Assembly (NCBI GenBank): GCA_963739145.1
Contig: CAVTZO010000015.1
Location: forward strand, 7,335 to 71,334
Direction of reading: 5' to 3'
Source of the DNA: an uncultured beta proteobacterium
GTDB lineage: Bacteria > Pseudomonadota > Gammaproteobacteria > Burkholderiales > Burkholderiaceae_F
Length of the DNA stretch: 64,000 bases
The notes under the pieces are model-generated. The model was given only the letters and a program-made list of their open reading frames with translations, ran no database searches and was not told the origin of the DNA. This document shows, in pieces, positions 19,758-27,055 of the stretch; the first letter of the stretch is position 1, and every line of letters begins with the position of its first letter. The position numbers and the translations under genes were made by a program.

Positions 19758-20212
19758 TGCCCCAGACCCCTCCGGTGGCTCCGCCGCAGGCTTTCGGCGA
19801 GTACTCGATCTCGACCGACAAGCAGCTTCTGGACGTTGCGCTGATCCACGAATTCCTCAGCCGATCGTACTGGTCGCCCGGGGTTCCGCGCGCCGTGGTC
19901 GAACGGGGCATCGCCAATTCGCTTTGCTTCGGCGTCTACCGCGGCCGGGAGCAGGTCGGCTTCGCGCGCGTCATCACGGATCGCGCCACCTTTGCCTACC
20001 TGGCGGACGTTTTCATCGTCGAGGCGCATCGGGCCAGGGGACTGGGCCGGCGGCTGATCGGCGCGATCCTTCAGCACGAGGACCTGCAGGGACTGCGCAG
20101 GTTCCTGCTCGCGACCCGGGATGCCCATTCGCTGTACCGGGAATACGGCTTCACCGAGGTCAACGCGGCGCGTTTGATGGAGATTCACAACCCGGACCCG
20201 TACGTCAGATAG
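19757..20212 (+). CDS. GNAT-family N-acetyltransferase
   Basis: The ATG overlaps the preceding stop (TGATG). The acetyl-CoA loop RARGLGRRLIGA is present. Confidence 0.7.
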   Translation: MPQTPPVAPPQAFGEYSISTDKQLLDVALIHEFLSRSYWSPGVPRAVVERGIANSLCFGVYRGREQVGFARVITDRATFAYLADVFIVEAHRARGLGRRLIGAILQHEDLQGLRRFLLATRDAHSLYREYGFTEVNAARLMEIHNPDPYVR

Positions 20213-20219
20213 AGGCGCC

Positions 20220-20854
20220 ATGTATCTGCCTGGACACTTCGCACAGCCGCAGTCCGAAGCGCTGCACGCGCTGATGCTCGCGCATCCGCTTGCAACCGTG
20301 GTCACCCTGTCGGCCGGGGGCATCAACGCGAATCATGTCCCCCTGCTCTCATCCGCCGAGCCGGACCCGTTCGGCACGCTGCGCGGCCACGTGGCGCGTG
20401 CCAATCCGATGTGGAGCGACCTGGTTTCAGACGTCGAGGCCCTGGCGATATTCCAGGGGGCCGACGGCTACATCTCGCCGTCCTGGTATCCGACCAAGCA
20501 GGAGCACGGCAAGGTGGTCCCGACCTGGAACTACGCGGTGGTACACGCCTACGGCACGCTGCGCGTGATCCAGGACGCGGCCTGGCTGCGCGGCCTGCTC
20601 GAGGCGCTGGTCAGCCGGCACGAAGCGTCGACCAGCGCGCCGTGGTCGATGGCGGACGCCCCGCAGGAATACATCGAGCGCATGATCGGCTCGATCGTGG
20701 GATTCGAGATCGTCATTTCCCGGCTGATCGGCAAGTGGAAGGTCAGCCAGAATCAGCCGGCCGAGAACCGGGCCGGCGTGGTCGACGCGCTGTTGCGGCG
20801 CGGGGACGCTGGGCGATCCGGATGGCCGCGCTGGTTGATGAGGCGTCCAAATGA
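20220..20854 (+). pseudogene. PaiB-like FMN-binding regulator with one frame break near the 3' end
   Basis: The N-terminal 197 aa are PaiB-like (MYLPGHF..., ISPSWYPTK...VPTWNY, KVSQNQP). After 20811-20813 (a GGG run) the listed frame becomes Arg-rich and overruns the next gene. The adjacent frame gives ...AIRMAALVDEASK*, which ends in an ATGA overlap with the next gene. Confidence 0.6.
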
Positions 20855-21333
20855 TCGAAGCAACGGCAGGTCCGCTGGAGGGCGGCTGCACCTGCCGCGC
20901 GGTGCGCTACCGGATGGCGACTGCGCCGCTTTTCGTCCACTGCTGCCACTGCCGCTGGTGCCAGCGCGAGACGGGCGCAGCGTTCGCCCTGAACGCCATG
21001 ATCGAGGCCGATCGCGTCGTGCTGCTGCAGGGTCACCCCGAGGTCGTGCATACGCCGTCCTTGAGTGGTATCGGGCAGAAGATAACGCGTTGCTCGATAT
21101 GCCGGATCGCGCTGTGGAGCAACTACGGCGGAGCCGGCGACCGGGTCCGCTTCGTCCGGGTCGGCACGCTCGATGAACCGGATCGCCTGCCGCCCGACAT
21201 CCACATCTTCACCGCGAGCAAACAGCCATGGGTGGTGCTCGGACCGGACGTTCCGGCGATGCCGGAGTACTACGACCGCAAGGTGTACTGGCCGAAGGAA
21301 AGCCTGGAGCGACGCGCGGCGCTATTCAGTTGA
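20851..21333 (+). CDS. GFA-family zinc protein (second paralogue)
   Basis: The pattern GGCTCRAVRY...CCHCRWCQ...CSICR is present. Confidence 0.75.
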   Translation: MIEATAGPLEGGCTCRAVRYRMATAPLFVHCCHCRWCQRETGAAFALNAMIEADRVVLLQGHPEVVHTPSLSGIGQKITRCSICRIALWSNYGGAGDRVRFVRVGTLDEPDRLPPDIHIFTASKQPWVVLGPDVPAMPEYYDRKVYWPKESLERRAALFS

Positions 21334-22527
21334 GGGGTCGGCGGATGCGGCCTCGCCGGTCGCGCTGGGCGGCCACAGCACCTCGGGATCGATCTTCACG
21401 CGAACCGCTTCCGGCTTGACGTCGGCGACGATGTCGTAGTCCCGATGGCTCGCGGTCAGCCGCTTCTTCGGCGTTTCGTACGGCGCGGTGGTGCCCTGGT
21501 GCAGCGCGTAGACGACCGGGTGCTTCGGGTCGATCAGCCGACGCACCACGATCGCTGTTTCACCATTGGCCAGGCGCACGTAGGCTCCGGGCGGGAACAG
21601 GCCCAGGGCGGAGATCAGCGCACCGACCAGTGTCGGATCGATCGCGCTGGCGGCGCGCTGGTGCAGGTCTTTGATGGCGGTTCGCGGCGACATCGCGGCC
21701 CGATAGGTGCGCTGACTCACCATGGAGCAATAGCGGTCGACCAGCGACACGACCTGGGCCTCGCGGCAGATGGCAGGGTCCTTCAAGCCGGCCGGGTATC
21801 CCGATCCGTCGCGCGCTTCGTGATGCTGCTCCACCACCTGCAGCCACACCGGATCCTGCACGCCGAAGCTGCGCAGCGCCTTCACGCTTTCGCCCGGGTG
21901 CAGCCTCAATGCCAAGCGCTGCTCGCTCGTCAAGGCCTCCTGCTGCCTGTACAGGGTGTCCTGCAATCCGAAGATGCTCAGGTTCATCGTCAGCGCAGCG
22001 CAAACCGCCGAGTCGGTCCGGTCCGCGTCGTGATGCAGGCGGCCGAGCAGCAGCGCGGTCAACACGGCGACATTGAGCGAGTGACGCAGCGAATAACGCG
22101 ACGCTTCGAAGAGCAGGAGGTGCGCGAGCGCGGCGTCGCTGTCCAGCGCACAGCACTCGCGAACCGTGGCCGCGATCGAGCGGATGCCGGCTTCGAATCC
22201 GGGCGCCGTCGGCTCCAGCGAAGACAGCCCGTCCAGATCTCGCGCGGCCTCGGCCAGGCGCTCGAAGACCGAGACGCGGTTGCGCATCGATTGCGACGGT
22301 AAGTGCGCAAATTCGTGAACCACGCGGCTCGGGCCGCCGGCGTGGGCGCTGTGGGCCTGGGCGCTGGCCGGATCGTACAGGCCGCTGTCAACCAGCCGAT
22401 CGAGTTGCTGTTCGCTCTCGACCGCGTGCCCGCGGCGCAGCAGCAGCCTGCCCGACGAGTTGTAGACGTCGAACGGCACGGGCGCACCGACCTGAAGCAG
22501 GCCGGCCCTGATCCTCTCCATGCTCAA
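21322..22527 (-). CDS. HD-GYP domain protein (putative c-di-GMP phosphodiesterase)
   Basis: The HHEARDGSGYPAGL motif lies in the C-terminal half. Confidence 0.75.
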   Translation of the reverse strand: MSMERIRAGLLQVGAPVPFDVYNSSGRLLLRRGHAVESEQQLDRLVDSGLYDPASAQAHSAHAGGPSRVVHEFAHLPSQSMRNRVSVFERLAEAARDLDGLSSLEPTAPGFEAGIRSIAATVRECCALDSDAALAHLLLFEASRYSLRHSLNVAVLTALLLGRLHHDADRTDSAVCAALTMNLSIFGLQDTLYRQQEALTSEQRLALRLHPGESVKALRSFGVQDPVWLQVVEQHHEARDGSGYPAGLKDPAICREAQVVSLVDRYCSMVSQRTYRAAMSPRTAIKDLHQRAASAIDPTLVGALISALGLFPPGAYVRLANGETAIVVRRLIDPKHPVVYALHQGTTAPYETPKKRLTASHRDYDIVADVKPEAVRVKIDPEVLWPPSATGEAASADPSTE

Positions 22528-22669
22528 TTCGAGATCGCTCCTTGATCGTCTTTAACCTCGATTTCAGTATAGGCTTGAGCCGCCCCTACAATCGGTTTGC
22601 AGGGCTCCCATTGGGTCCCAATTGATAATGCATGGCGCGCCGCAATATGTCCCCGGTGCAGCGTGATCG

Positions 22670-22682
22670 AATTCGAAAGCAA
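22670..22682 (+). promoter_or_regulatory. Candidate Ada box (AAT-N6-GCAA)
   Basis: AATTCGAAAGCAA lies 72 nt upstream of the ada ATG and matches the E. coli Ada operator consensus AAT(N6)GCAA. Confidence 0.3.
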
Positions 22683-22753
22683 GACGCGGAGTGCCGGCTT
22701 TCGCCTCGATGACTAGAGTTGCGCCATCGAAGGTTCGATATCGAGGGCGAACG

Positions 22754-23830
22754 ATGAATGCGAACAGCAGGAGCGAACAGCGGGCGGCGGTCCTGGCCGA
22801 TCCGCGCTGGGCCGCAGTCAGGGCGCGCGATCCGCAGGCCGATGGCCGCTTCTTCTACTCGGTCCGCACGACCGGCGTGTACTGCCGGCCCAGCTGCGCG
22901 TCGCGCACCGCCCGCCCGGAAAACGTGCTGTTTCACGCGACCGCGGCCGACGCCGAACGGGCGGGCTTTCGCGCCTGCCGGCGTTGCCGGCCGGATCGAC
23001 CGACTCTGGCCGCATCCCAGGCCGCCATGGTCGCCGAGCTGTGCCGGTACATCGAGGCGGCTGAACGGCCCCCGACGCTCGAGCAGCTGGCGCGGCGGGC
23101 GGGCATCAGCGCGTTTCACCTGCACCGGGTTTTCAAGTCGGTCACCGGCGTGACGCCCAAGGCTTATGCCGACGCGCATCGGGCCCGGCGCATTCAACAC
23201 GAGTTGAAGCGCAACGGCACCGTCACGGAGGCGATCTACGGCGCCGGTTACGGCTCCTCCGGCCGGTTCTACGAGGGGGCCGGCCAGGTGCTGGGCATGA
23301 CACCCACGCGCTACCGCTCGGGCGGGGTCGACACCGAGATCCGCTTCGCGATCGGCCAGTGTTCGCTGGGCGCGATCCTGGTCGCGCGCAGCGCGCGCGG
23401 AGTGTGCGCGATCATGATGGGCGACGACCCGGATGCGCTGGCGCGTGAACTTCAGGACCGTTTCCCGAAGGCGCAATTGATCGGAGGCGACGCGCAGTTC
23501 GAGCAGTGGGTTGCCAAGGTGATCGGTGTGGTCGAGGCGCCGCGCCTGGGGCTGGACCTTCCACTCGACGTGCGGGGCACCGCGTTCCAGCGGCGCGTGT
23601 GGCAGGCGCTGCGCCGGATTCCGATCGGGCGCACGGCCAGCTATACGGACATCGCCAAGCGCATCGGCTCGCCCAAGTCGGTGCGCGCGGTGGCGCAGGC
23701 CTGTGCCGCCAATGCGCTGGCGGTGGCGATTCCCTGTCACCGCGTGGTGCGCAGCGACGGGTCGCTGTCCGGCTATCGCTGGGGCGTGGAGCGCAAGCGG
23801 GCGCTGCTCGAGCGGGAGGCAGCTGCGTGA
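22754..23830 (+). CDS. ada: Bifunctional Ada: methylphosphotriester-DNA methyltransferase / AraC-type regulator / O6-methylguanine-DNA methyltransferase
   Basis: An N-terminal Cys4 region (FFYSVRTTGVYCRPSCASR...CRRCRP), an AraC HTH, and the C-terminal PCHRVV active site. Confidence 0.8.
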   Translation: MNANSRSEQRAAVLADPRWAAVRARDPQADGRFFYSVRTTGVYCRPSCASRTARPENVLFHATAADAERAGFRACRRCRPDRPTLAASQAAMVAELCRYIEAAERPPTLEQLARRAGISAFHLHRVFKSVTGVTPKAYADAHRARRIQHELKRNGTVTEAIYGAGYGSSGRFYEGAGQVLGMTPTRYRSGGVDTEIRFAIGQCSLGAILVARSARGVCAIMMGDDPDALARELQDRFPKAQLIGGDAQFEQWVAKVIGVVEAPRLGLDLPLDVRGTAFQRRVWQALRRIPIGRTASYTDIAKRIGSPKSVRAVAQACAANALAVAIPCHRVVRSDGSLSGYRWGVERKRALLEREAAA

Positions 23831-24492
23831 ATGCTCCCGATCGGCGCAGCGGGCTTGCCGGGCTTGCGCTGGACGCGAACGATCGCATCCCGCTGGCGCC
23901 GGGTGCGGTCCTGCTGTGCGGCTTCGCGCTGGCGCGCGCCGCCACGCTGTTTGCCGACCTGCAGGGCGTGCTGGAAGCGGCGCCGCTGCGGCACATGATC
24001 ACGCCCGGGGGCTTCCGGATGTCGGTGGCGATGAGCAACTGCGGCTCCATGGGTTGGGTGACCGATGAGACCGGCTACCGCTACGACCTGGTCGACCCGC
24101 AGGGCGGCCGTCGCTGGCCGGCACTGCCCGCTTCGTTCGTCGAGGTCGCGCGCTGCGCGGCAGCGGCAGCCGGCAATCGCGACTTCATGCCGGACGCGTG
24201 CCTTGTGAGCCGGTACGAACCCGGCGCGCGCCTCACGCTGCATCAGGACCGCAACGAACACGATTTCGAGCAACCGGTCGTTTCGATCTCGCTCGGATTG
24301 CCCGCGGTATTCCTGTTCGGAGGATCCAAGCGCGCCACCAAGCCGGCGCACATCCCGCTGGCGCATGGCGACGTGGTCGTATGGGGTGGACCCGCCCGTC
24401 TGCACTACCACGGCGTGTCGAACCTGGCGGACGGGCTGCATCCGCTCGCCGGCCGCTACCGCTTCAATCTGTCGTTGCGCCGCGCCGGGTGA
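23827..24492 (+). CDS. alkB: Alpha-ketoglutarate/Fe(II)-dependent DNA dioxygenase AlkB
   Basis: The GTG overlaps the ada stop (GTGA). HQDRNE (HxD), a downstream His (LHYHGV) and RFNLSLRR are present. Confidence 0.8.
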   Translation: MNAPDRRSGLAGLALDANDRIPLAPGAVLLCGFALARAATLFADLQGVLEAAPLRHMITPGGFRMSVAMSNCGSMGWVTDETGYRYDLVDPQGGRRWPALPASFVEVARCAAAAAGNRDFMPDACLVSRYEPGARLTLHQDRNEHDFEQPVVSISLGLPAVFLFGGSKRATKPAHIPLAHGDVVVWGGPARLHYHGVSNLADGLHPLAGRYRFNLSLRRAG

Positions 24493-24494
24493 TA

Positions 24495-24614
24495 CACCCT
24501 CACCCCCGTCCCCTCTCCCGCAAGCGGGAGAGGGGAGGAACTGCCCCGAGGCCCGCAAGAGCGAATCCGGATCGCCCCTCGCCCGCGCAAGCGGGAGAGG
24601 GGAGGGGTGAGGGT
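24495..24614. repeat. Pair of REP-like elements in inverted orientation
   Basis: 24495-24538 and 24573-24614 both carry the CTCTCCCGCAAGCGGGAGAGG hairpin flanked by GGGGTGAGGG/CCCTCACCCC arms. Confidence 0.7.
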
Positions 24615-24807
24615 CCGCGTTTGCAAGAATGAAACTCAATAACGCAGACAGCGACTCTGTTCGTGCGATCCCTTCCAAGAGATTCGTTACGTCCCACTAA
24701 GCCCCGCTAAAGCTTCAAGGACACGAGTCGTAATCCGGGATGCCCCGGGCGGCAAGGATCCAGATGCCACCCGGAGGCACCGACTCATTCACCGCGAAGG
24801 AACCCAC

Positions 24808-24999
24808 ATGCAGGTCTCATCCGCAACCGCCGGCATCACCCCGCCGACGGCCGCATCCGCGCCGGCTGCCCAGCGCACCGAGAAACGCGAAAACGACGGC
24901 GACGGCGACGATGCCAAGGCAGGGGCAACTTCGTCGCGGGCGCAGTCAATCAATCTGAACGGACAGGTCACCGGCCAGTTGATCCACCAGACCGCGTAA
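24808..24999 (+). CDS. Small hypothetical protein (63 aa)
   Basis: AAGGAA lies 6 nt upstream of the ATG. The sequence is Ala/Asp-rich with the C-terminal motif NLNGQVTGQLIHQTA. No family assigned. Confidence 0.35.
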   Translation: MQVSSATAGITPPTAASAPAAQRTEKRENDGDGDDAKAGATSSRAQSINLNGQVTGQLIHQTA

Positions 25000-25028
25000 A
25001 CCCACGCCGGCGCCGGCGAGCCTCTGGA

Positions 25029-26036
25029 TCAGGCAACGTGCAGCATCAGCTTGCCCACGTGCTCGCCGGTGAAGAGCTTGCGCAGCGTGACGACCGCGTT
25101 TTCCAGCCCTTCGTGCTGCTCCAGGCGGAACTTGAGCTTGCCCTGCTGCAGCCAGCCGCTCAGCGCCGCGATCGCTTCGGGGTAGCGTGGCATGTAATCG
25201 AGCACGATGAAGCCGTGGACCTTCAGGCGTTTCATCAGGATTGCCGGGTAATGCACCGGACCGGGCGGCACGCCGATCGCGTTGTACTCTGAAATCAGTC
25301 CGCAGGTCGGGACGCGCCCGTTCAGATTCATCAGCTTGAGGCAAGCATCCAGAATCTCGCCGCCGACATTGTCGAAATAAACGTCGATGCCGTTGGGGCA
25401 GGCGCGCGCGAGCGCCGGGCCGACGGCCTCAGTCTTGTAGTTGATCGCCGCATCGAAACCGAGCTCCTCGACGATCCAGCGGCACTTCGCGTCCGAGCTG
25501 GTCAGCCCCACGGCACGGCAGCCCTTGATCTTCGCGATCTGTCCGACCAGCGAACCGACGGCTCCCGACGCCGCTGAGACCACGACCGTCTCGCCGTGCT
25601 TCGGTGCCCCGTGCTCGAGCAGACCGAAATAGGCGGTTGGCCCGACCACGGCGAACAGGCCGAACGCTTCCACGTCCGATATGTCCGCGGGCGTGATGAA
25701 CTTGCCCACGACGCCCGGCGCGCCGATCTGATAGTGGGCCCACACGCCGATCCCGCTCACCCTGTGACCCGGTGCAAACTCCGGATGCCGCGACTTCACG
25801 ACCGTGCCGCAGACCACGCCCCGCATCGGATGGCCGAGCGCCACGGGGGGCATGTATTGGTCCATGTCGCTCATCCAGATCCGGTTGGTCGGATCCAGCG
25901 ACAGGTAGTCCAGGCGAAACAGGAACTGACCCGCGTCGGGCTCGGGGATCGGCTCCCGATCGAAGCTGAGCACGTCGTCGCCGATAGCGCCGATCGGCCG
26001 CTTGCGCAGGCGCCAGACGTGATTCGTTTCCGTCAT
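25029..26036 (-). CDS. NADP-dependent oxidoreductase, MDR superfamily (YncB/CurA-like)
   Basis: 335 aa. The layout LSLDPTNRIWM...AASGAVGSLVGQIAK is typical of this subfamily. Confidence 0.8.
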   Translation of the reverse strand: MTETNHVWRLRKRPIGAIGDDVLSFDREPIPEPDAGQFLFRLDYLSLDPTNRIWMSDMDQYMPPVALGHPMRGVVCGTVVKSRHPEFAPGHRVSGIGVWAHYQIGAPGVVGKFITPADISDVEAFGLFAVVGPTAYFGLLEHGAPKHGETVVVSAASGAVGSLVGQIAKIKGCRAVGLTSSDAKCRWIVEELGFDAAINYKTEAVGPALARACPNGIDVYFDNVGGEILDACLKLMNLNGRVPTCGLISEYNAIGVPPGPVHYPAILMKRLKVHGFIVLDYMPRYPEAIAALSGWLQQGKLKFRLEQHEGLENAVVTLRKLFTGEHVGKLMLHVA

Positions 26037-26260
26037 GGTGTTTCTCCCGGATCAGCCAGGCGGCGATCACGCGACGATACGCCCCCACCCGGGCCGCGGC
26101 GGCACCGCCGGGCATTATCGAGAGAAATCAAGGCCCCGCTTGCAAGGACGAACGCGCCACCACGTTCGGGCAGGGCGCCAGGCGCTTGCGCAGCCTGGTA
26201 GCGGGGCGGCGCGAGACTGCAGGTCCGTACGACTGGCTGAGGGTCCTTTTCCGCCCGAGC

Positions 26261-26803
26261 TCACTTCAGGGCGTCGACGAAGTCCGCCCGCCGATTTTCC
26301 TTCCAGCATTTTTCCTGGTGACACGGTTCGCGCGGCTTTTCCTTGCCGAAACTCACGGTCTCGATCCGGGAGTCGGGCACGCCAAGCAACACCAGCTTCT
26401 CCTTGACCGCCTCGGCGCGGCGCTGGCCCAGCGCCAGGTTGTACTCGGCGCTGCCGCGCTCGTCGCAGTTGCCCTGCAGCGTCAGGACGTCGCGCGGATA
26501 CGACTCGAGCAGCTTGGCGTGCTGCGAGATCAGGGGATCCTCGTCCGGCTTGATCGTGGCCTTGTCGTAGTCGAAGTAGATGCTCTTGTGGCTCAAGATC
26601 GACTCCAGCCGCTCGAAGCCCTCCATCTGCGACTCCGTCCTGACCGTCGCAACCTTGACCGCCGCCGGAGCCGGCGGCGCCGGGCGCGCAACGGGCGCCA
26701 TTGCCTGCGGCGGGGGAGTGGGGGCGGGAGGAGCGGGCGGGGTCGGAGTTGAGCAGGCCGCTGCCAGCAAGGCGGGACACAAGATCACGGTCAGACGTTT
26801 CAT
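26261..26803 (-). CDS. OmpA-family peptidoglycan-associated lipoprotein (Pal-like)
   Basis: The ATG at 26803 gives MKRLTVILCPALLAAACS (lipobox). A Pro-rich linker follows, then an OmpA_C region (GNCDERGSAEYNLALGQRRAEAV). Confidence 0.8.
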   Translation of the reverse strand: MKRLTVILCPALLAAACSTPTPPAPPAPTPPPQAMAPVARPAPPAPAAVKVATVRTESQMEGFERLESILSHKSIYFDYDKATIKPDEDPLISQHAKLLESYPRDVLTLQGNCDERGSAEYNLALGQRRAEAVKEKLVLLGVPDSRIETVSFGKEKPREPCHQEKCWKENRRADFVDALK

Positions 26804-27055
26804 GTCGGACTCCTGGATGGGCGAAAAGGGGGTACTGACACATACATTTGTACAAATATAATAGACCAGACCTCGCTCGAAGCAACGGCGGGATCGGCCG
26901 CAACCTTCAATTGATTGCGGTAGTCGCCTCGCCGACGCTCTTGCATTTGCACAAATATGAATTCGTGGAACCCCCGAACCGGGACTCACTCTAAGCACCG
27001 AGCGTCGATCACCCGCGGGGAAGGCAACGCCCTGAGGGGTTGAGGTCAACGCAGA

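Noticed and set aside
20220-21176. 318-aa extended PaiB ORF overlapping the next gene
   Set aside because: The last ~110 residues are Arg-rich and overlap a well-supported GFA gene. A one-base frame correction restores a normal PaiB end.
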